From Fibrobacteria bacterium (GTDB taxonomy: Bacteria > Fibrobacterota > Fibrobacteria > UBA11236 > JADFYW01), in the NCBI GenBank assembly GCA_050294405.1, contig JBNKOC010000008.1, positions 1 through 64,000 of the forward strand: DNA of 64,000 nucleotides. Direction: 5' to 3'. Positions 19,301 through 29,511 of this stretch are shown piece after piece. The notes beneath the pieces were generated by a model that saw only the letters and a list, made by a program, of their open reading frames with translations, had not been told where the DNA came from and searched no databases. The position numbers were made by a program, and so were the translations under genes. The first letter of the stretch is position 1; every line of letters starts with the position of its first letter.

Positions 19301-20647
19301 ATGTCAGAAAGAGGAAATTTTAAATTTTTTAGAGGTGTGCTTTTGGCAAGTTTTGCCATGGTAAATTTGGCTGTGGCTCAGGATGCTCCTCCAAGGCCAG
19401 AATGTACCGAGTCAGTTCCTTGTGAATTTAACGAAGTGAGTGAACTTGGTGCGGGTGCACGCGTGATTTTGTTTGACCATGGTAATGGTGGACATGGTGG
19501 AGCTGCAGGTCGTTTATTCAATTCTCTCAACGAGCTTTCACAAGAAAAAGGTTTTATACTAACTAGAAAATCAAATGCTTGGAGTAACTTATCAGATGCT
19601 GAACTAAGCAACGCAAAGGTAATTATTTATAGTAGCTCAGATGGTGATGTTGGAGGCTCGATTCCAAACACTGCTACTCGAGACAGGGTCGAAAGTTTTG
19701 TAAAGGAACGAGGTTGGGGTCTTTTGATGATACACGCTGCATGCGCTTTTATTAGCTCATGGCCTTTTTTACAAGATGCCTGTATTCAACAATACAATCA
19801 TCATAATCCATCTGGTACTCCTGCTACCCACTATATTGAAAATGGGACATTCGATGGAGAAGCTCATGGATTGGCAAACCCTTACACCAATTTTTTGCTA
19901 AAAGATATCGACGAACGTGTTCAAATGCAGGATGAGTGGTACACTTGGCGTGGCAATCCCCGTACTTCCCATGAAAATGGGCCTCAACGAAATGCTCAAA
20001 TTCAAAACAGAATAATGCTGACAGCTTTAGATGAAACTACTTATAATAGTCCAGACCCCAAATATCCTGGTCAGCATTATACAGCTTGGACTCACACCAT
20101 GGGTAATGGCATTGTGATTTATAATTCAATAGGTCATGATGATCTATGGCGTATTAATGCCGATAGTCATGGGAAGGAGTTATTGTGGCGTCAGCTTCGT
20201 TATGTAGCCAAGGATTGGGGACCAGCCGCTACTTTAGAAAAAGTTTGTAACGATCCTGAAGCTGGGAATGCAGTTACTGTACTGGATCCAAATACACAAG
20301 AAGCCGATAATAGCCTCTGCAAATATTGTGGGGATGATTCTTTTGTGGAATATGTTCCAGGAAAGGATCAGGAGCAATATGACAATTCACTTTGTGAAGT
20401 TGCTGGAATTAATATTTCTGGAGTTCCAAATAACGAGTTTATTACTACCAATGAGTTAAATATTTCTATTACTCATGAAGGCGAATATAATCTCACAATA
20501 TTAAAGGTAAATGGTGATATAGTTTTCAATAAACAGGGTTTTGGTTCCGAAGTTTTTGCAAACCCTGTAAAAGAAGCTGGCATTTACTATGTAAATGTAT
20601 CTGCAACTGGATATAAAACCTACGTTAAAAAACTGCTAGTCCATTAA
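19301..20647 (+). CDS. Secreted ThuA-domain (class I GATase-like) protein with Cys repeats and a T9SS-CTD-like tail
   Basis: FVKERGWGLLMIHAA, DEWY, ALDETTY, AWTH..G.VIYNSIGH are ThuA-like; tail ILKVNGDIV..AGIYYVNV..VKKLLVH. Confidence 0.8.
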   Translation: MSERGNFKFFRGVLLASFAMVNLAVAQDAPPRPECTESVPCEFNEVSELGAGARVILFDHGNGGHGGAAGRLFNSLNELSQEKGFILTRKSNAWSNLSDAELSNAKVIIYSSSDGDVGGSIPNTATRDRVESFVKERGWGLLMIHAACAFISSWPFLQDACIQQYNHHNPSGTPATHYIENGTFDGEAHGLANPYTNFLLKDIDERVQMQDEWYTWRGNPRTSHENGPQRNAQIQNRIMLTALDETTYNSPDPKYPGQHYTAWTHTMGNGIVIYNSIGHDDLWRINADSHGKELLWRQLRYVAKDWGPAATLEKVCNDPEAGNAVTVLDPNTQEADNSLCKYCGDDSFVEYVPGKDQEQYDNSLCEVAGINISGVPNNEFITTNELNISITHEGEYNLTILKVNGDIVFNKQGFGSEVFANPVKEAGIYYVNVSATGYKTYVKKLLVH

Positions 20648-20687
20648 TAAATTTTTACAGAAGCCCTAGGGTTTCTTTGTCTTTTGG

Positions 20688-20716
20688 TTCCCCTGGAAAC
20701 CCAGGGGAATTTTTGT
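20688..20716 (+). terminator. Intrinsic terminator
   Basis: TTCCCCTGG-AAAC-CCAGGGGAA-TTTTTGT. Confidence 0.7.
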
Positions 20717-20769
20717 ATGCAATTTTGAAGTCGTTGTATATTGTTTATGATGTGCGTGTGAATGATGAT

Positions 20770-21850
20770 AGCTTCCAAATTTAAAGGCAAATACCAAAGT
20801 ATTTTTTGTATTTATATTGGTAACGAATTTTCTGGCATTTCCCCAAGAACATCCCCATGCCATCTGCAATAAATCAATTCCCTGTGGGTTTACAAATGAA
20901 GTAATTTGGGACAGTACAAGTATAATTTTATTTGACCGTGGTGATGAGGGGCACCAAGGGCTCAGAGGCGTTTGTATACGCTATTAAAAGAATTGTCTGA
21001 AGAATATGGATTTAGTATTAGTCGTAAATCAAATGCTTTTAGTGATATTTCGGATGCTGAATTGAATGTTGCAAAATTAATAATTTATAGTAGTACAGAC
21101 GGTGATGTTTCAAGTTCCATTCGCGATTCCGTTGCTAAAGAAAAATTGAAAATTTGTGACAGTACAAGAGGGGGACTGTTATTGATTCATTCTGCCTGTG
21201 ATTTTATTTCAACTTGGCCATTTTTACAAGATGCTTGTATTCATCAGTACTTTAGGCACCCCCCCCAGGAACGCCAGCAATACACTATATTGAAAATAGA
21301 GTATTAAATGGGGAGGCTCTGGTTTGGCAAACCCCTATACCTATTTTTTACTTGAAGGTTTTGAAAAACGTGTTCAAATGCAAGATGAATGGCATAACTG
21401 GAGAGGAAATCCTAGAATTAGTCACCAATTTGGTGAAGAACGAAATGACCAGGTTAAAAATCGCATAATGTTAACAGCCTTGAATGAAAATATATTTAAC
21501 AGTGCTGAACCTAATTATGGCGATCAGCACTATACAGCATGGACATACTATGGGTAATGGAATTGTAATACGAATTCCCCCTGGGCCATGATTATCTTTG
21601 GCGCATAAACTCCGATAGCTACGGGAAAGCACTGCTTTGGCGTATGATTCGTTATGTAGCCAAGGATTGGGGGAAATGTACCTAAAAAAGAAAAAGTGTG
21701 TAATGATTGGCAAGCTGCAAATTATGTAATGGAACTAGATTCTAACGCTCAGGTTCATAACGATAATATTTGTCGATATTGTGGGAACGAAAATTATGTT
21801 GAGTACGTTTATGGTAAGAAGTGGGCTCAAAGATTTATTCACAACTAGTT
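20770..21850 (+). pseudogene. Frameshifted, truncated paralog of the upstream ThuA-domain gene
   Basis: Fragments in different frames (CNKSIPC..IILFDRG; SRKSNAFSDISDAEL..WPFLQDACI; ANPYT..RVQMQDEW..WRGNPR..HYTAWT; CND..CRYCGNENYVEY) are collinear with 19301..20647; ends approximate. Confidence 0.88.
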
Positions 21851-21944
21851 CGGGAAGCAGGAATATATTATGTAAAGCTATCCACAGTTGGCAACAAAAC
21901 CAGTATCAAACGTCTTTTGGTAAAATAACCCTATTTCAGGGTAA

Positions 21945-23891
21945 TTATTTTAGTATCCTAACAGACCCGTCAAGTCTTTTTCCTTTATTATCACCCCCTA
22001 AGTTTTTAGGTGTGATTAAAGGGTTTCCATGGTATATTTTCAATTCAAAATCAGGTTCTGTTGGTTGTTTGGTAAAATTTGTGAAACCACTAAGTCCAGT
22101 GTTGGATTGAGAGCGTTGCATAATTGTACCTCCTTCGCCAACAATTATAAGGCTAGAATTGTTAACATTTATTTTTTTGAAGTCCTTAAATGTTCCTAAA
22201 TCCATTGATTGCCAGATAATTCCACCATCATTTGTTTCCAGCAATGTACCATACCATCCAATTGCATATCCAATATTTTGATTTAAAAAGTTAATGTCTC
22301 GAAATATTATATTGGAATCCACATATTGGTTTTCCCAACTGATACCTCCATCAGTTGTTGCCCATATAGATTGATAACCAGCAATCCATCCGTGTAAGCT
22401 ATCAGTAAAAAAAACTGAATTTATGGTGTAAGGAAAGGGGTTTTCTAATACCTCCCAATTATCTCCACCATCTTTTGTGTGAATTAAATTTCCCAATGGC
22501 CCAGCAGCCCAGCCCCAAGAATTATTTAAAAAAAATAAGTTGTAAAAAAATTTATCAATGGGTAACATGACTGTTTGCCAGTTTTTTCCTCCATCTATAG
22601 ACTTTATCATTGCCCCAGATTCACCTACACATGCAATGGCTTTATTCTTTTCCAAAATTTGAATATCATAGATATCAACATTTACACCACTGTAGTACTT
22701 TTCCCAGCTATTACCCTTGTCCTCAGATCTTAATATTAAACCACCATCTCCTCCCACCAGTAAAGTATTGGGGTCAAAGATGCCAGCGGCAAAAATATTT
22801 TGAAAAGTAGGTAGGGAATAATCAGTCCAACTATCACCCCCATTTTCAGATATCAAAATGGTCCCATTTTCTCCTACTGCTATTGATGTTGAAAACCCAT
22901 TGGTCTCAATATCATTCAAATCCCAAATAATTCCATTTGTCGGAGTTTCCCATTTGTTTTCAAAAATATTTCTCACATATATGAAGCCTGATTTTCCAAC
23001 AGCCACAGTTGTTCCGGAATTATGGGAATGTATATTAAAAAGCATTCTAGGATTTATTTCAGTTTGCCTCTCCCAAAAATCACCCCCAGTTATTGTGTGA
23101 AATATGGCACCAGAGTCACCCACAACCCAGCCACGCAAATTCGAGGAGAATATTCCCTGATATATGGTTCCTTTAAAGGGAATGTCTACTTCCGTCCAGG
23201 ATTTTCCAAAATTATCAGAAAATAAAATATGTCCTTTGGTTCCAGTTAACCAAATATAGGGAAGAGTTCCAGAAACAGATAAAATTTGGTGGACACTGTC
23301 TCGATAAGATTCCCAAGTTCTTCCTGCATCGGTGGATATATATATTATACCGCCTGGACCTAAATGCTCTGCTCCAACTGCAATAATATGCCTTGAGGAA
23401 AAATATCTAACTTCTTCCATAAATGTAACAGGGCTATTTGGAAGTGAGTTCCAGGTCTCACCTCCATCCCAGGTTACTAACATAGTGCCTCCATCTCCAA
23501 CTGCCATGCCATTTTTTGAACTACCAAAGGAGACGCTGTATAAATTTCGTGTGACACCAGATTCCTGGGAGTTCCATGTTACTCCTCCATCTTTGCTGTG
23601 CAAGATACTTCCAGACTCCCCAACGATCCAACCCAAGTTTTTAGTTGCAAAAACTATAGATTCCAATGTTTTTGTTGTGTTTGAATTAACAAAGTGCCAA
23701 TTTTTTCCGCCGTCTCCGCTTTTCATGATAATTCCATGGTCACCTGAAATAAAGAGGTTATTTTCGTCGATCACAAAACTACCAAAGAGACGGTTCCCAA
23801 ATGGAAGTGGGTTTTTCCATTCCCAATCTTCCTGTCCCATAATTTTGGAGATTAACATTATCCCCAATAATATTTTTATTAAAAGGGTCAA
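21945..23891 (-). CDS. Secreted YCF48/BNR (Asp-box) repeat beta-propeller protein
   Basis: Many G..G.I..(S/T).DGG..W repeats; signal peptide followed by WEWKNPLP. Confidence 0.88.
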   Translation of the reverse strand: MTLLIKILLGIMLISKIMGQEDWEWKNPLPFGNRLFGSFVIDENNLFISGDHGIIMKSGDGGKNWHFVNSNTTKTLESIVFATKNLGWIVGESGSILHSKDGGVTWNSQESGVTRNLYSVSFGSSKNGMAVGDGGTMLVTWDGGETWNSLPNSPVTFMEEVRYFSSRHIIAVGAEHLGPGGIIYISTDAGRTWESYRDSVHQILSVSGTLPYIWLTGTKGHILFSDNFGKSWTEVDIPFKGTIYQGIFSSNLRGWVVGDSGAIFHTITGGDFWERQTEINPRMLFNIHSHNSGTTVAVGKSGFIYVRNIFENKWETPTNGIIWDLNDIETNGFSTSIAVGENGTILISENGGDSWTDYSLPTFQNIFAAGIFDPNTLLVGGDGGLILRSEDKGNSWEKYYSGVNVDIYDIQILEKNKAIACVGESGAMIKSIDGGKNWQTVMLPIDKFFYNLFFLNNSWGWAAGPLGNLIHTKDGGDNWEVLENPFPYTINSVFFTDSLHGWIAGYQSIWATTDGGISWENQYVDSNIIFRDINFLNQNIGYAIGWYGTLLETNDGGIIWQSMDLGTFKDFKKINVNNSSLIIVGEGGTIMQRSQSNTGLSGFTNFTKQPTEPDFELKIYHGNPLITPKNLGGDNKGKRLDGSVRILK

Positions 23892-23903
23892 ATCAAAATT
23901 TAG

Positions 23904-24479
23904 TTAAAATACAATCAATACTTGAGGTACCGCTGATTTTTTTGGTTTCTCCTTAGACCGAGTACTCAGTTTGAGACGTTTTAAAACTTCCCCCGTTATA
24001 ATGCGGGGAAGGTTCAGCGTTAAAAAACTTTCGGGAGCACTGTCATCAGCAGCTTTAGAACTAAAATCAATATCCATTTCTTCGCGATAACCTTTGCGGT
24101 AAGCAGATAGCTTCGCCTTAATTTGGTTTCCAGAAGTACTTTCTTCAACTATTTCATTGATACGCAACAATATTTGGACATCAGACTTTTTTTCATCATC
24201 AATTACTTTTTGATTTTTAAGATATAGCTGGTAACGAACTTCTTTTTGAATGTTTTCTTTCAACTCAAGGGGTTCAAGCCCTCTTTGGGTCAGGCTTTGG
24301 TTAAGAGAACTATCAAACGGCGTTAAGCTAAAATAGATATTTTCCTTGGAGTCAATTTTGATTTCCCGCTTATTGACCGAAGAGCTGCTTGGGGAAGAGG
24401 CGCATCCAACCCAGAAAATCGCCAAAAAAGAACTCAGAATTATGCTTGAGAATGCGTTTTTTAGTAGGCCGTTTGTCAT
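23904..24479 (-). CDS. Putative lipoprotein
   Basis: Lipobox-like WVGC followed by a Ser-rich linker. Confidence 0.65.
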   Translation of the reverse strand: MTNGLLKNAFSSIILSSFLAIFWVGCASSPSSSSVNKREIKIDSKENIYFSLTPFDSSLNQSLTQRGLEPLELKENIQKEVRYQLYLKNQKVIDDEKKSDVQILLRINEIVEESTSGNQIKAKLSAYRKGYREEMDIDFSSKAADDSAPESFLTLNLPRIITGEVLKRLKLSTRSKEKPKKSAVPQVLIVF

Positions 24480-24496
24480 ATATCCATGAATAATAA

Positions 24497-25366
24497 TTAA
24501 ACCAATTTCGATTTGGGGAAATTTAAAATTCCTCCGGATTTGGATTTTCGATATTGAGAGCTAAACTTTTCCACCTCATTGGCGATGGAGCTTTCAACAG
24601 GATACCTTTCTATGGAACTGGCCCCAAAAAAGCCATCTACATCCTGGCAGTTGTTAAAAATGTAATTAAAATCCTCAGGGTGGGAGATTGGTCCACCGTG
24701 ACAAAGTACTATAATATCCGGACGTATTTTTTTTGCCGCGTTGCAAATTTTCTGAATGAGTTCCAAGCTGGATTCCAGTGATTTTCCGCTGATTCCCGAG
24801 CTTGAAGAGCCAATGGTGAGCCCCATATGGGCTACCAAAACATCCGCTCCCGCCTCAGCCATTAGCTGAGCCTCTTCAATATTAAAAATATAGGGTGTTG
24901 TTAATAAATCGAGACTATGGGCCTGTTTTACAATTTCCACTTCCTTATTAAAGCCCATTCCTGTTTCTTCCAGGTTTTGTCGAAACATGCCATCGATTAA
25001 ACCAACCGTGGGGAAATTTTGAATCCCCGAAAAGCCCATATCCTGGATGTCACGGAATAAGATGTTGGGAATCATAAAGGGGTCTGTTCCACACACTCCC
25101 GCAATTACCGGTGTGTTTTTGACCACGGGAATAACCTCTTTGCCCATTTCCAGCATGATTTCATTGGCGTTTCCATAGCATAAAAATCCCGCAAGGCTTC
25201 CCCGGCCAGACATGCGAAATTTACCTGAGTTGTAAATCACAATAAGGTCTGCGCCACCGTTTTCAGCAGCGACAGCGGAGATGCCTGTACCTGCGCCAGC
25301 TCCCACAATGGGGTGTCCGGCTTCTTTCTTCTTTTTTAATTTTTCAAGAATCAGTTTCCGTTCCAT
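24497..25366 (-). CDS. PEP-hydrolase-like / TIM-barrel signal transduction (TBST) family protein
   Basis: GAGAGTGISA..GGADLIVIYNSGKFRMSGRGSLAG..NFPTVGLIDG..VAHMGLT..LCHGGPI..GFFGASSIER. Confidence 0.93.
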   Translation of the reverse strand: MERKLILEKLKKKKEAGHPIVGAGAGTGISAVAAENGGADLIVIYNSGKFRMSGRGSLAGFLCYGNANEIMLEMGKEVIPVVKNTPVIAGVCGTDPFMIPNILFRDIQDMGFSGIQNFPTVGLIDGMFRQNLEETGMGFNKEVEIVKQAHSLDLLTTPYIFNIEEAQLMAEAGADVLVAHMGLTIGSSSSGISGKSLESSLELIQKICNAAKKIRPDIIVLCHGGPISHPEDFNYIFNNCQDVDGFFGASSIERYPVESSIANEVEKFSSQYRKSKSGGILNFPKSKLV

Positions 25367-25387
25367 TTGCTCTCCTTTTGGCCGCTG

Positions 25388-26455
25388 TTAAATACTAGCG
25401 TGGCCAAGTTGGTAAACGGTTTTGTGATGGAAAGTTTCACCGGCCTTTAAAAATGCCGGACCATAATCCTTTTCCCACTCTGGGTTTTGGATGTTATTTA
25501 CAAGCTGTTGGGCTTCAATACACATGGCTCCGTATTGGAGAAAAGGTTCTCCCAAAAAGTGACCAGTGTATATTTGAGCTGAAGGTTGATTTGTGGTCAT
25601 TTTTAAATGAATTCCAGTTTCTTTTGAATAAACTTCTACTAGACCTTCTGTTTTAACCGGGAAAACCAGACAATCATCGTAGCCTTGTTTGCCAAAATTA
25701 TCTCCCAAAGCTACTGGGCTTGAAAAATCGAACCTGCTTCCCATAACACTGGCTATTTCTCCGGTGGGAATAAGCGCATTATCTACTGGTAAATAATCGC
25801 TGTAATTAGCCTTGATAACATGATTTTTTACGGTCGTTTGGCTTTGAACTCCATTTAGGTTAAAATAGCCGTGAAAGGTGGGATTCACAGGAATGGTGAC
25901 ATTAGCTTGTATTTTGTAATCAAAGGTGATTTCATTGTTTTCATTTAAGCTAAAATCCAATATAACCTGGCTAGGGGGAGGAAATTCCCCTGGGCCTTTT
26001 AAATTACCAACATCCAAACCCAGGGATACCTTGGCCTCAGGGCCTGTGTTTTGAGAATCCAAGAGCATCCAATTGTTTTTTCCCCAATCGTCCGGGCCAC
26101 CATGAAGGGTGTTTGGTCCATCATTTTTTGTGAGCTCCACAAAGTCCCCTTTTTTAACCTCGGGGTGGCTATCATCGGGCTGTTGGTATTTGCCCTGGCC
26201 TATTCTATTGCCATAAGGCCCCACTGCCATGTACCCCTGAAAACTCTTGTCTTTCAGGTAGCCCTTTAAATCAGGGTATCCCAAGAGAATAGAGGTGCTT
26301 TGCCCCTTTTCGTCTGGAAAATGAATTTCTAATAAACGAGGACCATAGCTGTGGACTTTTAATTTTAACCCCGCTGAGTTTTCCATAGTAATAAGCTGAC
26401 AGTCTTCTCCCTGAAGGTCCCATTTTCCAGTGGCTTTTTCCACTTCCAATTTCAT
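25388..26455 (-). CDS. galM: Aldose 1-epimerase (mutarotase)
   Basis: GPYGNRI, NDGPNTLHGG, NPTFHGYFNL, GYDDC, TTNQPSAQIYTG, CIEAQ. Confidence 0.92.
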   Translation of the reverse strand: MKLEVEKATGKWDLQGEDCQLITMENSAGLKLKVHSYGPRLLEIHFPDEKGQSTSILLGYPDLKGYLKDKSFQGYMAVGPYGNRIGQGKYQQPDDSHPEVKKGDFVELTKNDGPNTLHGGPDDWGKNNWMLLDSQNTGPEAKVSLGLDVGNLKGPGEFPPPSQVILDFSLNENNEITFDYKIQANVTIPVNPTFHGYFNLNGVQSQTTVKNHVIKANYSDYLPVDNALIPTGEIASVMGSRFDFSSPVALGDNFGKQGYDDCLVFPVKTEGLVEVYSKETGIHLKMTTNQPSAQIYTGHFLGEPFLQYGAMCIEAQQLVNNIQNPEWEKDYGPAFLKAGETFHHKTVYQLGHASI

Positions 26456-26514
26456 CTAACTTGCCTTTCCTTGTAATTTTGGCACTTGAAATTTCATTTC
26501 TTTACTTCCTTTCA

Positions 26515-26530
26515 AGCAATTGAAGTGCCA
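26515..26530 (-). promoter_or_regulatory. sigma54 (-24/-12) promoter for galM-TBST
   Basis: Minus strand TGGCAC-TTCAA-TTGCT, consensus GG-N10-GC, about 60 nt above the galM start. Confidence 0.85.
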
Positions 26531-26605
26531 CTTTTTTAAAAAAAACACGGGGATTTTTCAAATTAATTTGGGTTCTTGGCTGTGAATTGAGGAGAAAATC
26601 CAAAA

Positions 26606-26635
26606 TGTATACCTAATTTGATTATTATTTATACA
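26606..26635. promoter_or_regulatory. Candidate enhancer (UAS): paired TGTATACA-like sites 22 bp apart
   Basis: TGTATACC at 26606 and TTTATACA at 26628; same arrangement at 28435/28457. Confidence 0.65.
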
Positions 26636-26659
26636 TTATAAACACAAAATCACGAAACC

Positions 26660-28426
26660 ATGCCTAAGCTTAGAAGACAGCTACTCCAAAAAAAGAAGTC
26701 AGGCCAACCCATACTTGGGGTTATGACGGGTTCAGGACAAGTGGCAAAATATTCTGTTCAAGCTGGGGCAGATTTGATTTTTTCAATAAATGCAGGAATG
26801 TATCGCGACATGGGATTAGGTTCTCTAGCCTCTTTCTTGCCTTATGGCAATGCCAATGCCCAAACGGAATCCTTGGTAAGGCACCAATTTACCAGCTACT
26901 CTTCCAAAACGCCTTTAGTGGCAGGTATTTTCGCTTCGGATCCCACTCAACCTCAGGAAACTCGAATTGAACGTTTGCGAAATATGGGCGTAAGGGGAAT
27001 CACCAATTGGCCAGCCATAGGTTTTATAGATGGGCTGCTTAACGCGGCCTTAAAGGCAAATGGAATTGATACATATGGGGAATTGGAGATGTTAACCCTC
27101 GCTTCCCAAATGAACATGGCCACTTTCGGCTTTGTTTTAAATGAAGAACAAGCGGCCGTTTTTGCTGAATCCGGTGTACATTGCCTTGTGCTTAACATGG
27201 GCCTTACTAAAGAGTTGGAGGATGTTAAGGAAAGAAAGGACCAGCTTCAGCTCAACATGCAGCAACTGCGCAAAATGTTAAAGGCAGTGGAAGATACGGG
27301 CAAGGAAACCATCTGCCTGGCGTTTGGCGGGGTGGCCACTCAAATGGAAGATTTGGAAATCCTGTTGCGAAATTGTCCTGTGGATGGTTTTGCGGGGGGG
27401 TCGGTTTTTGACCGTTTTCCCATTCAAGGTTCAGTAACAGCTGCTGTCCGCCAATTTAAAAGCGCATTTACAAGGCCCAAAGGGAGAGGTGTGGAGGAGG
27501 GGCTAGGAGACATGTTAGGAGCAAGTTCTCCCATGAAAAACCTGTTTACCATCATTAAAAAAGTGGCTCCTCACGATGTGAATGTATGTATTGAAGGGGA
27601 GTCAGGCACGGGTAAAGAGTTGGTTGCAAACCAAATCCACAACCTCAGCCAAAGGGCGAGCCATCCATTTGTAACCTTAAACTGTGGCGCAATTCCCGAC
27701 TCTTTGCTGGAAAGCGAACTTTTTGGCCATGAAAAGGGTTCCTTTACCGGCGCAGACAGGCGTCGTTTAGGCAAGTTTGAATTGGCCCATGAAGGTACTT
27801 TGTTCTTAGATGAAATAGCCGATTTAAGTCCCCATGGGCAAGTTGCTTTATTGCGGGCTATCCAGCAAAGGGAAATCACCCGCATAGGCGGAGAAAGGCC
27901 TATTTCCGTGGATGTTAGAATTTTAGCGGCCTCCAATAAGAGCCTTATTAAGCTGGTGGAAAAGGGAAAATTCAGGGCGGATTTATACTACCGCCTGAAC
28001 AGTGTCACAATTGATATCCCGCCCTTAAGAAATCGAATTGAGGATCTGCCAATTTTAATCCAGGGGTTGTTGCTAAGACTTGAACCAAAATTGAATAAAA
28101 AAATAAATGGCGTAAGTTCTCATTTTTTAAAAAAACTTTCGGGCCATTATTGGCCGGGGAACATTAGGGAATTGGACCACGTATTGTGCGAATCTGCTAT
28201 AATGGAATCCGGCTCGCTTCTGGAGGGTAATTTCTTTCATCCCAGGGAATATGTAAATCAGGATGCTGGCTCAATCCACAGTCCGTTGCCATCCCAGGAA
28301 AGCAGGCGTGAGGCTGCAATACAGGCGGTGGAGAAAGCCAAAGGCAATAAAACAGAAGCAGCCAGGTTGTTAAATGTTACTAGAAAGACACTCTATTCCT
28401 GGTTGGAAATGGAAAGCCAAAACTAA
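26660..28426 (+). CDS. sigma54-dependent enhancer-binding protein with N-terminal TBST TIM-barrel sensor, AAA+ domain and Fis HTH
   Basis: N-terminal GSLASFLPYGNAN..NWPAIGFIDG; GESGTGKELVA, ESELFGHEKGSFTGA, GTLFLDEI, WPGNIREL, GNKTEAARLL. Confidence 0.95.
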   Translation: MPKLRRQLLQKKKSGQPILGVMTGSGQVAKYSVQAGADLIFSINAGMYRDMGLGSLASFLPYGNANAQTESLVRHQFTSYSSKTPLVAGIFASDPTQPQETRIERLRNMGVRGITNWPAIGFIDGLLNAALKANGIDTYGELEMLTLASQMNMATFGFVLNEEQAAVFAESGVHCLVLNMGLTKELEDVKERKDQLQLNMQQLRKMLKAVEDTGKETICLAFGGVATQMEDLEILLRNCPVDGFAGGSVFDRFPIQGSVTAAVRQFKSAFTRPKGRGVEEGLGDMLGASSPMKNLFTIIKKVAPHDVNVCIEGESGTGKELVANQIHNLSQRASHPFVTLNCGAIPDSLLESELFGHEKGSFTGADRRRLGKFELAHEGTLFLDEIADLSPHGQVALLRAIQQREITRIGGERPISVDVRILAASNKSLIKLVEKGKFRADLYYRLNSVTIDIPPLRNRIEDLPILIQGLLLRLEPKLNKKINGVSSHFLKKLSGHYWPGNIRELDHVLCESAIMESGSLLEGNFFHPREYVNQDAGSIHSPLPSQESRREAAIQAVEKAKGNKTEAARLLNVTRKTLYSWLEMESQN

Positions 28427-28434
28427 AGGTTGTT

Positions 28435-28464
28435 TGTTTACAAAATACCCATAGTTTGTATACA
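28435..28464. promoter_or_regulatory. Candidate enhancer (UAS): paired TGTATACA-like sites 22 bp apart
   Basis: TGTTTACA at 28435 and TGTATACA at 28457; GTATACATTTTG (28458-28469) is the exact reverse complement of 26601-26612. Confidence 0.65.
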
Positions 28465-28561
28465 TTTTGAGTTAAATTTAAAAAAAAATCGGTAAATTTT
28501 GGTTTTTGTTTAATTTAGAGGGTTTTTTGGATAGTTCAGGAACTACCGTGCAATATTTGTC

Positions 28562-28577
28562 TGGCATATTCCTTGCA
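28562..28577 (+). promoter_or_regulatory. sigma54 (-24/-12) promoter for the epimerase-oxidoreductase operon
   Basis: TGGCAT-ATTCC-TTGCA, GG-N10-GC, 32 nt before ATG 28610. Confidence 0.85.
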
Positions 28578-28609
28578 TTCAAACAAAATTCAAAAAAAGG
28601 TAAAAAATT

Positions 28610-29491
28610 ATGGAATTTGGCGTAAGTACTTGGTTGTGGCATTCTCCCTTTTCAGCAGAAACATTGAAGCTTTTCCCGCTCATAAAAAAAATGGGATATG
28701 ACTGTGTGGAAATTCCCGTGGAGGATCCAGACGCTTTAAACCTGTCTGATATTAAAAAAGCCCTGGCGGACAATGGTTTGTCCGTCACGGTTTGTGGCGC
28801 CTTTGGCCCCGGTCGGGATTTGTCTCATGAAGATAATTCCATAGTGGAAAATACTTTGGGCTACATTAGCAAATGCCTAGATATTTGCAATGAGTTTGGC
28901 GTTGCCTTTTATGCAGGTCCTATGTATGCAGAAGTGGGTAAAGCGAGAATGTTATCTCCTGAAGAAAGGCAAAAAGAATGGGGTAGGGCTGCTTCGAATG
29001 TAAGAAAGGCCTGCGAGCTGGCTGATGCACGTAATTTAAATCTTGCTATTGAACCCCTAAACAGGTTTGAATCCGATATGATAAACACCACTGAAGATGT
29101 GGTACGCCTCATAAAAGACATTGATCACAAAAGAGCTAAAATTTGTCTTGATGGCTTTCACATGAGCATTGAAGAAAGAGATTTATGCAAAGCCATTCAA
29201 ACTGCGGGCGATTTATTGCAGCATTTGCAGGTATCCGAAAACTACCGAGGAATCCCCGGAACCGGAAGTACCGATTGGGAGGGAATCAAAAAAGGACTGG
29301 AATCCATAAATTACAATGGCAAAGTTGTAATTGAAAGTTTCACTCCCCATAATCAAAATCTGGCTGCTGCTGTATGTATATGGAAGCCCTTTGCTTCCAG
29401 CCAGGATGAGTTTGCCCAGAAAGGGCTGGATTTTTTAAAGAAACTTTTTGCGGGATCTTCTGTGGGCTCGCAATCAATGGCTAGGGTTTAG
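28610..29491 (+). CDS. Sugar phosphate isomerase/epimerase, ketose 3-epimerase (D-psicose/D-tagatose 3-epimerase)-like
   Basis: GYDCVEIP, EPLNRFE, LDGFHMSIEE, HLQVSENYRGIPGTG, VIESF metal-binding motifs. Confidence 0.88.
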   Translation: MEFGVSTWLWHSPFSAETLKLFPLIKKMGYDCVEIPVEDPDALNLSDIKKALADNGLSVTVCGAFGPGRDLSHEDNSIVENTLGYISKCLDICNEFGVAFYAGPMYAEVGKARMLSPEERQKEWGRAASNVRKACELADARNLNLAIEPLNRFESDMINTTEDVVRLIKDIDHKRAKICLDGFHMSIEERDLCKAIQTAGDLLQHLQVSENYRGIPGTGSTDWEGIKKGLESINYNGKVVIESFTPHNQNLAAAVCIWKPFASSQDEFAQKGLDFLKKLFAGSSVGSQSMARV

Positions 29492-29511
29492 ATCTTAAAA
29501 TGGAGACAAAT

